Assembly (NCBI GenBank): GCA_964252035.1
Contig: OZ176202.1
Direction: 5' to 3' (one strand)
From: Podarcis erhardii
Lineage: Eukaryota
Length of the DNA stretch: 64,000 nt
The notes under the pieces were generated by a model. It had not been told where the DNA came from and ran no database searches. It was given only the letters and a program-made list of their open reading frames with translations. Shown here piece after piece: positions 48,018 to 59,576 of the stretch. The translations under genes and the position numbers were made by a program. The stretch's first letter is position 1. Each line of letters starts with the position of its first letter.

Positions 48018-48119
48018 TGTTAACTACAAATTTAGACTAAATTTGTTAACTACAAATTTAGACTAAGTTTTGACTATGGCAGACCAACACGGCTACCTAT
48101 CTGCAACTACAAATTTAGA
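48018..48119 (+). repeat. 23-bp direct duplication plus a short retroelement-like tail flanked by AACTACAAATTTAGA
   Basis: TGTTAACTACAAATTTAGACTAA at 48018 and 48044, insert GTTTTGACTATGGCAGACCAACACGGCTACCTATCTGC, third partial copy at 48105-48119. Confidence 0.75.
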
Positions 48120-48788
48120 GTTCACCTATTTCTCTGGGAAACTAGTTGGGTATCTTAGCCAGAGCAGCAGGCATTATTTCCTGGCACAATTCAAGCAATA
48201 GCAAGATTAGACTGGGAATTTAATGCTGCTGTTGATGGACTATTTCATGGTTGCATCTCTTTTTGAAAACTCCAAAGGCTAGGACTAAGCAATGCAAGAA
48301 TGTTTGCTGTAACACCCTTGTTCATTTTCACTGCAGCCTGCTTCTCTTTCTCTCTCATAATCAGCCCAAACCTTTTTCTTTCTCCATATTTCTGTTCTAT
48401 TTTGACAGTCTCAGCTTTGTTCTCCTAAATCAATCTGGCTATGCCTGTAAATTCAATAGCACTGTGCACCAATTACTTGAGATGACGCCTATAACTGCAG
48501 CCAAAATATGTCAGCATCTGGACAACCTATTCTTTCTGCTTGTCAGCATCAAAGAACAGAACTCCTCCAATGAACGTTTGAGATAAATCTTTGATTTATT
48601 GGTATCTGTAATCTACAGAAGTAAAAGAAAACCCCAATGTATGGCATTTTATCTATGCATGTAATTAGTTGGGCTAGGGGAAACAAGCACACACATGTAT
48701 CCTTTTTGGAAAGTTGTTTTTGCAAACCACTTATTTCTTCTTTAACTGGAAAATACCACAAAGAGGGTGTTTTGCTTAGTTCCATAGA

Positions 48789-48986
48789 CAGTGGTACCTT
48801 GGTTTAAGAACAGCTGTGTTTACAAACTATTCGGTTTACGAAATCCGCAAAACCGGTAGTGTCCTGGTTTGCAAACTTTACCTCGGTCCAAGAACGGAAG
48901 TCAAATGGTAGAAAGGCACCGGTGGCAGGAGGCCTCATTAGGGAAAGTTTAGGAACGGATTAAGTTCATAAACCAAGGTACCACTG
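48789..48986. mobile_element. Tigger/TcMar-type MITE
   Basis: CAGTGGTACCTTGGTTTA ... TAAACCAAGGTACCACTG|TA. The left flank reads GA instead of TA. Confidence 0.87.
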
Positions 48987-49155
48987 TATAGCTGCCCAGT
49001 ACTATTGAGCCAATTAATGTAGTATTATCTACCCTAACAGGCATCTGCTCCCTAGTGTCTAAGGAAATCTAAGGGTCTTTTAACAAGATATGCAAGGGAC
49101 TTAATTATTGTGATAAAATGGAGGGTGAGGGAAACAGGATATGTCACAGTCATAA

Positions 49156-49161
49156 AATAAA
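49156..49161 (+). terminator. Candidate polyadenylation signal for SYTL3
   Basis: First AATAAA I found after the SYTL3 stop. Confidence 0.35.
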
Positions 49162-49485
49162 TTAATAATACAATCACTACAATGATTTCTGTTCTTCCTT
49201 TGTTTCATCTGTTCCAAGTGACATCCAGTGAAGCAAGTCTGCTTGCACAAGAAGCATCTACAATGGAGCTTCTGATTTCTCTTCTCCCACCTCCAGTTCT
49301 CTGCATGCGCCCCATCTGGTCCACAGAGTCTGAGCCTCTGGAGCTTATTATGGGGATATGTGGAAGACATTGGCATTAACCACACATGGGCATTAACTTA
49401 CTCTATAGAAGGAAGTTGAGATCCAGTGTAGTGTGACTAGATGAGCTGTTTTATTTACCAATACCATCCATTAATTTTTCAAATA

Positions 49486-49660
49486 CAGTGGTGCCTCGCA
49501 AGACGAAAGGGTTTTCCGTTTTTCGAGGTGCCTCGCAAGACGAAAACGTCTTGCGGGTTTGCTTCCTTTTTCTTAAAGCCGTTAATACCCAGGGAATCCG
49601 CGCTCCGCAAGACGAAGCAACTCGCGGAATGAATTAATTTCATCTTGCGAGGCACCACTG
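49486..49660. mobile_element. Tigger/TcMar-type MITE with TA TSD and an internal copy of its TIR
   Basis: TA|CAGTGGTGCCTCGCAAGACGAAA ... TTTCATCTTGCGAGGCACCACTG|TA. GGTGCCTCGCAAGACGAAA recurs internally near 49526. Confidence 0.9.
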
Positions 49661-49976
49661 TATCTTTGATGGCAGGAATAGAAAGTATGGGGGGGGAAGG
49701 GCGGGAAATCACACAGAACTTCAAACACATGCTGCCTTGCAGATTTTTTTTTATTTGTTGGTGAATTACACAAACAAATCCCACAACACTGTTATCAGGA
49801 GACAACGGTTAAAACGTCTTTGAGTACAAAGCAGCATAGGGAGTTACATGTTGAACAGAGCTAACAATGTATTGTTCACTTGAGATTCTAGCAGATTTCC
49901 AAAGCCTGAGGTGGGATTGTTTCACGGGTGGAAGTTAACATGGACACAGTGGTAGAAGAAATCCATAGAAATTCTC

Positions 49977-49982
49977 TTTAAT
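49977..49982 (-). terminator. Candidate polyadenylation signal for EZR (ATTAAA)
   Basis: TTTAAT on the + strand, about 1.0 kb past the EZR stop. Confidence 0.4.
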
Positions 49983-51002
49983 AGAGAAAATAAGCTGACA
50001 AAGTCCCTTCATGGTTGGAGTCTGAAACTATATCATTTTTAAAAAATTAGAAAATTTGTTAGAAAAAAAAATAGGTACAGTGAAATTGTATATACTGAAT
50101 CACAGCCATGTTATCACAATTTGCTTTAAAGTAAAAAAAAAAAATCATCTTTACAAATGTTTTCTAGATCAAAATAGTTTCCTACACTGCCTTGGCTTCA
50201 GAGACTAGAAATTATTGTCTATTTTTTACATTATTCTTTTCATATTAAGTCTGAAAGTAGTAACAAAATATACAAAGCAAAAAACTTTTATCCTCCCTTT
50301 TCAAACTAGAATTATATCTGTCACTTGCATCTTTAACATAGGTATATATAAATACTACACTACAGCTGATTGGTTAAGCTGGAGTACCACACTTCAATAA
50401 CATTGAAGGCCAACAATATCCCTGCCTATCTGTTATGTAAGAAGAGCATCCAAGTGTGCCTGTAATGCATAGCTTCTGAATGATCACTGTGGGAACTTCT
50501 CCAATACAACAGTGCAATTAATAAGCTTCCTCAGACTTACTACTTGCCACCACTGTAGAAATGTCAACAGTGTAAGGGGGGGAAAGAGATGGACGCCATG
50601 AAGATCTTTACAACCCTGAATTGTCTGTGCTGCTTAAGAAACAACCTGGTGCAGCAAACTAGTAGGCTGATTCCCCAATCTGGACATACCTACCACACTA
50701 TAGAAATGGGTGCAGACAAGCAGTGTAACAAGCAGCACAATAGTAACACGGAAAAGAAACAATTCTGACAAGCCTTTTGGCACTAGCATAGGACCAAATT
50801 TCACCAAGTCTTGACTGAAAACCTTGTGGTGGCTATCCTTGTATGCTTAAAACTGATGTTGTATTAAGCTAAAATCAGGTAGCATCTGACAGGTGTGAGG
50901 GTTTGGGGATTATTTATTTTTTTGGTATGACTGTTCAGTGACCCTTCAGAAAGAAAGGTCAGCATTGAAAACCTGCCTTTCCCAGAGTCTTGCCTTATGC
51001 AT

Positions 51003-51167
51003 TTACATAGCTTCAAACTCGTCAATTCTTTGCTTGGTGTTGCCTTGTCGGATCTGCCTCAGTGTCTTGTACTTGTCTCGTCCTTGCCGCATATTCTCTG
51101 TGTGAATGAGGTCGTTTTGTGTCTTCTTGTTCTCATCTCTGGCCTGGGCTAGTTCATCAGTCAGCGT
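51003..51167 (-). CDS. EZR: Ezrin coding exon 13 of 13, C-ERMAD and actin-binding tail (..[26 protein letters not shown])
   Basis: attgcag acceptor, 165 nt, TAA stop. The T567-equivalent codon is at 51063-51065. Confidence 0.98.
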   Translation of the reverse strand, partial: TLTDELAQARDENKKTQNDLIHTENMRQGRDKYKTLRQIRQGNTKQRIDEFEAM

Positions 51168-51611
51168 CTGCAATATTTAAAACACATGAGTTACACAGAC
51201 ATACAAATACTTAGGGGAGTATGAGGTAGCACACAAGACCATAACAGAACATCATTCCTCAGTCCTTCTGTTGCTTGGAAGCCAGGATATGAAAATCTTT
51301 GCCACGGTGTTTCTTGTAATAGGACAACTAGAAGTGGTACAACAAAAGGAGTGTAGAAAAATAAGAGCCTGCGGGCAATTTAGAAGACTCTGGATTTCTT
51401 CCAATCCTAGCCATGCCAGGCTTCCTTAGATAGGCAATTGAGGCCTACAATAACGACCCACAATTATTAAATGAAATAGAAGAATCCTCAGTTCCATATA
51501 AGCTTCCTGGTACATTTATTAGCGTCTGCATTTAACAGGTTCAGCATTCAGTACAAGGGCAGTGAAAGAAGCAGATATAAACATCTCTCAACTCTTTGGA
51601 ACAACCAACAA

Positions 51612-51750
51612 AGGAAGCTGCCTTCTACTGAGTGAGTCCACTCAGTCCATCTAGCTCAGTTTGTCTACACTGGCTGGCAGCAGCTCTCCAGCATTCAAGG
51701 CAGAAGTCTCTCCCAGTCCTGCATGGAGATGCCAGGGACTGAACATGGCG
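51612..51750 (-). mobile_element. Squam2-like SINE fragment in the last EZR intron
   Basis: AGGAAGCTGCCTTCTACTGAGT..GTCCATCTAGCTCAG..GTCTACACTGGCTGGCAGCAGCTCTCCAG..GGAGATGCCAGGGACTGAAC. Confidence 0.75.
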
Positions 51751-51960
51751 CAGGACAGCTGCATATGATAGTTTGGGCAACATGGATACTGCTGAGCACA
51801 AACTGGGTGGCTACTGATCCACACAATCAGTTTCATGAAGTGGCTACTGTATGGTTTTAGATGGAAACACTGGGACTGAAGCCCCATTTCGCACAAAATC
51901 ATCAACCATGAAGAGTGGCAGTCATCTCAGTCATGTGAAACTGATCTAGGTATATCTTAC

Positions 51961-52212
51961 CTTCAGCTGCTTTTGCACACGCTCATTCTTTTGGGCTTCA
52001 GTGATTCTCTTCTCTTCGTTACGATCATCCAAGATCCCTTCACTGGAGAATTCTGCGCTGTAGCCAGAGGACTCGGTTCCTTCATCCTGAAGGTTGTCAT
52101 GGACATGGTAGTTCACTGGCTCATACACAGGTGGGGGTGGAGGAGGTGGAGCAGTCATCACCAAGTGCAGCTCCTCTTTTGTTTTTACAAGATCTTCTTG
52201 GGCTTCTATAGC
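51961..52212 (-). CDS. EZR: Ezrin coding exon 12 with the polyproline tract (AIEAQEDLVKTKEELHLVMTAPPPPPPPVYEPV..KNERVQKQLK)
   Basis: caatag acceptor, AAG|gtaaga donor, 252 nt. APPPPPPPVYEP identifies ezrin rather than moesin. Confidence 0.98.
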
Positions 52213-53118
52213 CTATTGTAATGGAACCAGAAAGAAAATTTAGACAAAATACATTTTACTAGGATTCCGGTGGGTACAGAACAAGGAGCACTCTTCTTCT
52301 GTGGGGCTTTGCCTGAGGTTGGTCTGGAAGCCACAAGTGGTGCAGAAGGCTGCAGTGAGGTAACTCAGTGGAATGCCCCATCACAGACATAATACACTTC
52401 TCCTAAAAGAGGTGAATGGCTAGTAACAAGCTAGCAGCCCAAGTACCAAGGCTTTGGTTTTAATTTCGAAAACCCCAAACCAAGGATCAGGATACCTAAA
52501 AGAGAGCCTCTCTCCCTGCTGCCCTGTCTGAACATTGTGCTCAGCCGTTGGGAGGGTCTCTTAGCTGCATTGTAATCCTGCCAATGGCCGCCACGGGGAA
52601 GGCCCCCTCTATGGTGGTAGCCTAGGGAACTACCTTCTTTTGGAGCTCCAGAAAGCACCCATAAGGGTCATATTTCAGCACTCAAAACATTTCAGGGGTT
52701 TAATCTCAGGATGAAGAGTGTCCTGGGGGCCATTTGTTGTATTAAATTACTGTGATTTTACTATTTTTTCATATTAACTTGTACACACTGGTTTGAGATG
52801 GATTGTAAAAGGCTATTTGTAAACTATTTTATAAATAAAGCAGTTTTACAAATACTTATTGTGTAAACATTTTTATACAAACCACTTTGAGACAAGCACC
52901 TCAGAAGCATTATACAAGTAAACAATATGGTCCTATCCCACACAATCCTATCATATGCTTCTACGGCTGGAAGAGTAGCAAAAACTACTGTTCGACAGAA
53001 CTGTGTAGCCCATACTCTCAGATTAATGGCACTGAAAGTTCCAAGGCAGGACTAAAACTGCTAGACCCTTGGAGGCCAAACAGACTGATACGTAGCTCTA
53101 AAGAAACTTAGCACTTAC

Positions 53119-53211
53119 CCTGTGCTGCCACTCTTCTACTTCGTTCTCTTTGCGTTTCCTTGCCTCTTCCAGCAGTGCAATCCTGGCTGTGTATTCAGCA
53201 AGCTCTGTAGC
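53119..53211 (-). CDS. EZR: Ezrin coding exon 11, [31 protein letters not shown]
   Basis: caaacag acceptor, AGG|gtaagt donor, 93 nt. Confidence 0.97.
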
Positions 53212-54026
53212 CTGTTTGACAGAGAGAAAAGCATTTTAACATAATCCGGAGAAGATGGAAGTACTATTGGTCAGTAAGATCTAGAGACAGGGAAGCAACC
53301 CATTTTGGATGACGCTGTTCTACTGATGAAAAATCAGGTACAAAATGCCACTGCAATAGTGTTAGCTGGAACCAGCTCTAGGGAGGCATGTTATTCCACT
53401 CCTGTTCAATTTGAGATTCTGGTTATGTCCCTAAAGCCTCAAGTGGTTTAGAGCTAGAATACCGAAAGGGTATTTATCTCCAGTATGATTTTGCCAGTGC
53501 CCTTTAGTTGGCCGGAGAGGGACAACCTTAAGTAGAGGGCCACCAACTTGGATGTATTTAAGAAGATAATGCTATGAATGTCTACTAGCTAACAATCTGG
53601 GATCATGATTTCCTAATGCCTGCCTGATCCCTAATATCACCGAGATCTTTGGGGTTGTCTTAGGTGCCACCACAATAGCTTAGATGCACAACTCAACCTA
53701 CTAGAAGTTGTGTTTAATGTTATGGGCCCTTTCACCTGAGATTAGACAAGCACCCTTTGTCAGGCATATGACAAAGACTTTCTTATTCCTGCAGACATTT
53801 TAAGGTTGCCTTTCAGGTTTCTATTTGGTTTTATGAATTCTTATTTTTCCCTGTATGGTTTATTTTTATGCAAACCCCTAGAAATGCTAATGATTGAGCA
53901 GCATATAAATGCCTTAAATAGTAAGAAAATAAAAAAAGCAACAATGGCTATGATCAATATGCCTGTGCATATCAGTAACTGGGAATCAATCACAGTGGAG
54001 GACGACTGCTACTGCACTCAGATTTT

Positions 54027-54122
54027 GCTTGCTGGCTTCCCATATGCATCTCTGGCCACTGAGAACAGGATGCTGGATCAGGTGCCCTTTGGCCCGATGC
54101 TCCAGCAGGAGTTAACTTACTA
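54027..54122 (+). mobile_element. CR1 LINE 3' end fragment
   Basis: TGCTTGCTGGCTTCCCATATGCATCT..GGCCACTGAGAACAGGATGCTGGATCAGGTGCCCTTTGGCCCGATGCTCCAGCAGG. Confidence 0.7.
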
Positions 54123-54583
54123 TTAGGGCCTGCTGCATATCTCACTACCAGCTGATATGTAGCTAGAGGTAACAAGGAGGGAGATTTCACCACGGTAATG
54201 CCCAGATTATGGAATTTGTTTTGTGAGATCACTTTGTCCTGTCTCTTAAACATTGCTTGAATGTCTTCTGGTTATAATGCTTTCCTCTATTACTCTACTG
54301 TATACATGCTGCAATTTGCTTTGAGTGGCAAGGAAGGAAACAAATTCCATGAAAAACAAATGTCCATACTGTACAGTATCTTGATTTCCCCCTTTCATTC
54401 TCAAGACTCACTGCTCAGAAATACAGACTCTCAGCCATGTATTAATTTGTCCTATATTGTAGGATTTGCTTTGCTTTGGTCAATAACTTTTTCTTGCCCC
54501 CCAAATGTAGCATTCAGCCAAACTCGTTTGCTACTATTTATATAATTGTCAGAGTTTATCTCCCAAGTGCCTTGGATGCGTAC

Positions 54584-54744
54584 CAGCTGCTCCTGACTCT
54601 TCATCTGGTCGGCTGCTTGCCTCTCCAGTTCTTCCTTGGCTTGCAGAGCAGCTAAGCGCTCGTTCTCTAGACGCTCAGCTTCCTCCTGAGCCCTTCTCCT
54701 TTCATCTTCAAGCTCCCTGGCTTTTTGGATTTGGTCTGAGAGCT
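54584..54744 (-). CDS. EZR: Ezrin coding exon 10, (E)[53 protein letters not shown]
   Basis: ccgttccag acceptor, CTG|gtacgc donor, 161 nt. Confidence 0.97.
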
Positions 54745-55750
54745 CTGGAACGGGGAAAAAAAGCCACGCAATAAAAAGTTGTGTTTCTGTAAACTCCAGC
54801 CTTATAAAGATACTTAGCAAATTCAGTGTCTTCTACCTGCAAATGCAAAGAGGAGCTTGCTTTCTGAATGCCAAGACAATTCCAAGGTCTTATCAATATA
54901 TAAAACATTCTTCTTTGAAGCTTAATAGGTATAGCTTTGCATTATGCTGCTTACAGGGATGCAGGAAAAGTATGGATTGATACAGGATAAAGGGAGGGCA
55001 GTGGCATGTTATGCATTTAAATTTCATAATCTTGTTCAGAGATATTGGCTCAGCCAGATCAGGGTGTAAAGGAAACTACAGTGCACTGCATCAGATCTCA
55101 CGGCTGGTCTGCTGGGAAAACATCCACCAATGCAGGCAGTTTAACATTTTCCCTTTAGGCAAAGAGAAAAGCTTCCTGTCAATTGAACTGCCACTACTGG
55201 GTGCAGACATTTTAGGAACTTTACAGCCACATATGCCAAATACTGGACATTAGATTGGGTTTTCAACACCATTTTCCTGGGGTTATTATCTAATCTTGAA
55301 TAATCTATATAATCGTAAGACAAGATTACAAGGCGCCTACCGTATTTTTTAAATAGTTTGATTAATGGAAGTTTGATTAATAGTTGAGGGAGATTTTAGA
55401 AGTTGTTTTTATGAAATTGCTTAGCTCAGCCATCTAACAGTAGATAGCAGTAATGCCAGCTGTATTTATGGAGCAATATGCACAAGTAATAAATGATTCA
55501 AAGACTAAAAGGAAGCTCCTATAAAACCTCCATCCATTAAGAGAGTGGTTCCTGTGCTCTGGTGAAGTAGATGTTATCCTGGTTTGTATATTTCTATCAT
55601 GAAACCCAATGAAATGTCATGCGACATCACTGTTAGGATATTATAGTGTGCCAACACACTGCTATGTTGGTTGTCTAAGCAGGGCTGAGAATGTAAGGAA
55701 GTGGTGGAACCATGGGTTCCAGTTGCCTGTTTAATGAAGGCAAATTGTAC

Positions 55751-55881
55751 CTTTTTCTGCTTTCTGTGTCTTCAGTTCGTATTCCTGCAGTCTCATCATC
55801 AGTTCTTCCTTCTCCCTTAGCATCTGCTCTTTCTCCTTCTCAATTGTCTCTCTCTTCTTCTTTTCATTTTCTAGCTGTTGC
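55751..55881 (-). CDS. EZR: Ezrin coding exon 9, QQLENEKKKRETIEKEKEQMLREKEELMMRLQEYELKTQKAEK
   Basis: cattacag acceptor, G|gtacaa donor, 131 nt. Confidence 0.97.
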
Positions 55882-56682
55882 CTGTAATGGATAGAAAAAT
55901 AAATTGCTTCAAAACTCTGGAGGTTACAAGTCTGCTTATCCCTACACAACTATCCTGTGCTGGGGTGAAAAGCTTTTCTTTTCTGTGATTTTCTATAATG
56001 ACAGACGCTTGATGAAAATATGGCATTCAAACACTCCTGTGGCTGCATCCAGGGAGGCGGCAACAATCAGGTGTCACAAGCTCTCAAATTAAGAAACTAG
56101 GAAGAAATTACAAAGTATGGAACTGTGCCAGACAGAATCAGGGAATTTAGCTGCTCACCAGGCTTTACCCACTGCAGATATGACTTCTGTTAGCTCCATT
56201 CTGGGTAGGCATCACATTATAGGGATGACTTCATGAATCTTTGAGTTTATTTGGGGGAGCATGGTAGGCAGCACCAGTGCAACATAGAATATGCTACAGG
56301 GTTAATTGCTAAACTGATAAAAAGAAGCCTTCATAAAGGAGGAAGAATAGAGATTCCAAGAGTATGAGTTCCCTGGTTTGGTTCTGCTTAGTTGCCATAT
56401 TACTGCATTATAGTGGTTAAGACTGATTAAAATGGCTCTCTGGAACACCTTGATATGGGATACAAAATGCTGGACGTCACAGTTCTATTGTGATCCAATA
56501 TTATTTATTTTAATAGCCATTTATTGCATTTATATATAGCCCTTTTGGAAAGGCACCTAAGGCAGTTTGCAAAATAAAGCAATACAACAATTTCTTTAAA
56601 TAGTTACCTATTGCTTTATGTTACCTCTTCTCAGCTAAGTGTGCATGCCTACATTTAGCAAGAAAAACTGAGTTCTCTAGAT

Positions 56683-56819
56683 CAGTGTTTCCCAACCTTG
56701 TGCCTCCAGCTGTTTTTGAACTACAACTCCCATCATCCCTGACTAGCAAGACCAGTGGCAAGGGATGATGGGAATTGTAGTCCAAAAAACAGCTGGAGGC
56801 ACAAGGTTGGGAAACACTG
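56683..56819. mobile_element. Near-perfect palindromic hAT-type MITE with perfect 8-bp TSD CTCTAGAT
   Basis: CAGTGTTTCCCAACCTTGTGCCTCCAGCTG / CAGCTGGAGGCACAAGGTTGGGAAACACTG. TSD copies at 56675-56682 and 56820-56827. Confidence 0.95.
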
Positions 56820-56975
56820 CTCTAGATTTCTACCCTTGCAGTGGTGGCATTTTACCCTCACCACCAATCTATACCTCTGCCAAGTTTTATTGAAGACAAC
56901 ACATTAGGCCCAGCCACTTTTTCCATTCAAGTGAACCACACCCTTCCCACCACTGTCCTCCACCACCACGAGTAC

Positions 56976-57139
56976 CTTTCTAGCTGCTTCTGGTGCTTCT
57001 CTTCACGGGCCTGGGCTTTCATCTGTTGGACCTCAATGGTGTCAGGTTTCCTACGGCGCATGTACAGCTCATGATTTCCCATGCACAGCTGCAGGATCCT
57101 CTTGTTAATTCTTAGACGAGGAGCATAAAACACAAAGTC
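56976..57139 (-). CDS. EZR: Ezrin coding exon 8, [54 protein letters not shown](R)
   Basis: ttctgccag acceptor, AG|gtactc donor, 164 nt. End of the FERM domain. Confidence 0.98.
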
Positions 57140-57700
57140 CTGGCAGAAGGAGGAAGGGGGGAAAGTAAGTAAGTAAAAAAAAAATCATCTACTTGGGCTT
57201 CCCACAAGCATTCTCATCTTCCCCACTCACTCAGTCCTTAGTTCTTTGTTAATGGAAAACACAGGCAGCATCCTATTACAACAGCTTATGTGTTTTAATT
57301 GTATGGGGCCTTGTTTTCCCCCTGAAACTTACACATGGTGTGTCGCTTTAGAATGATGAGCGAAGGCCCAAATATTGAGAGAAAAGAGAACTTAGGGGAA
57401 GCAAATGCAGACTAGAGATTTTGATGCTACTATGGAAATGGAATTTGAAGTTAAGAAAAACAGTACAATAAAAGTGTCTATAACTCTGGTTTGTTTGTTT
57501 TTAAGTGTGTCAATGAGATGTATACTTTAATTTTCCTATTACTCTGAAGTCATATACTGCACCAATTAATGTACTCGGCATGGGATGTAGTCTGAAAGGA
57601 GAGCATTTTGTCAAATAACTGGACCAAACCATTCATGTGGCAGAGGAAACAAATATTTCACTTCTCCATACAGTCAGCTTTAAAACAGTGTTTTTATTTT

Positions 57701-57733
57701 ATTATTATTATTATTAATAATAATAATAATAAT
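57701..57733. repeat. (ATT)5(AAT)6 repeat containing a perfect 30-bp spacerless palindrome
   Basis: Directly visible. Confidence 0.9.
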
Positions 57734-59327
57734 ACTTTGCCTTTTTCCCTGACTGTGTACTTCAAAGCTATGAAAAATGCTTAAACAAAATGATGTCCAA
57801 TACTTTGGAGATAACTTTTATCACATTTATTTTTTACCAACACTGAGCTTTTTATTGAAACAAGTTACACTGCTGTTTCACCAAAGTAAACTTGGCACAA
57901 ACCTGCATCTTGCCAGTTCTACTGAACTGCAAAGTTACATTTTCTTGCTATTTATCATACTTGTATGTCAGGACCTCACAGTAATGAGAATTAAAATCCC
58001 CCTTTAGCCTAACAGCCTTGTGAGGCAATTTAGGCTGAGGTAGATAGTGACTTGGGGCAAGTCATGTTTGTTTAGAGCTGAGCTAAGTATTTGCAGTCCA
58101 ACTTCCTCAGTCCAATTCCTACACCTCAATGGCTCTTAGTTCCCTAATAATTCCAAGCTTCTATTAGCTTAACAGAAGGCATGCCTTAATCATCCAAAGA
58201 GCAGTGTATGTTTCTTTTAAAAGCACAGAGGTCACCATGTCTTCAGTGTTTCTCTGAACTGGATGCCTATACAGCTTCTCAATTCCCACTCCTAATAGGA
58301 TAAATAGTGCAGTAGTGGTTGAGCGTTTTTTTGTTACCAAGGTTTTCACAGACTACTATGCTCATGAGAAAAGACATTCATTGAGCTTTGATAATGGCTA
58401 TAAAGACGTGCGCATTTCATTTGAGAGAGTATCCTTTTATGCAGATTACTGTGTATGAAATTGACTTTTAATAGCAGTTCTTTTTAAGTAAAAGGAATGA
58501 GAACCCTTGAATTTCTGGACCCACTTTCCCAAGATCCATGTGGGTTGTGATCCAGTGCCCTGCACACACAAAGGCTTTTCTTCCTCTACAATTGCCAACA
58601 GGAGAACCTTGCTAGTGCTCACTGCGTATCACAGTCAAAGACTGCGAAGCATTTTGTGTGCTCAGAAATTTTTAAGTATAGACACAATGCCCTTCCCTGG
58701 GCTACAACAAATTTCTGGAATAGCCTCATGAAAAATCTCTTTTTAAAAGTGCATCCCAGTTTGTACAAGACCAGCTATGCCCAAGATTCACAAATATTTT
58801 GTATATAAATTACAACATAATGAACAACTATCTGGCATGGAAAGCTTATGCACACAAGAATAAAGGAGCGTTTCATTAATTCATTGTCGCCAATCAGATT
58901 TATCTCATGGAAATAAAGGCTTTCAGTGTAGCAAAGCAGCAGGAGTCACCTGCTGGAGTCACCAAGGAGTCACCAAGCCCTCTCACCAATACATTGGAGG
59001 GGTATTGGGGGGGGGGGGGCAAAGGCAATTAGCAAATACAAATTATTTACAGCAAGTGGTCTATGGGGTGAGATATTTAGAAGCCTCAGGAGGAAATCTT
59101 TCCATCAGATACAGGAAACAGTAATCTGAGTCGTTGCTGGGAAGAGTTAATGAGTCATTGCTGCTGTGGTCTCTGAAGTACATACTACAGATTAAGGTCA
59201 CAAAGAACATTTTGGAGAAAATACTAAAAGGGGGAGGGGACACAACTGAACGGCAATAATTTTCTATTAGGTCAATGTTACCTTTTATGCCACCATTTCT
59301 TTTCTTGATCCTTTAATAAGGAATTTA

Positions 59328-59576
<249 letters not shown>

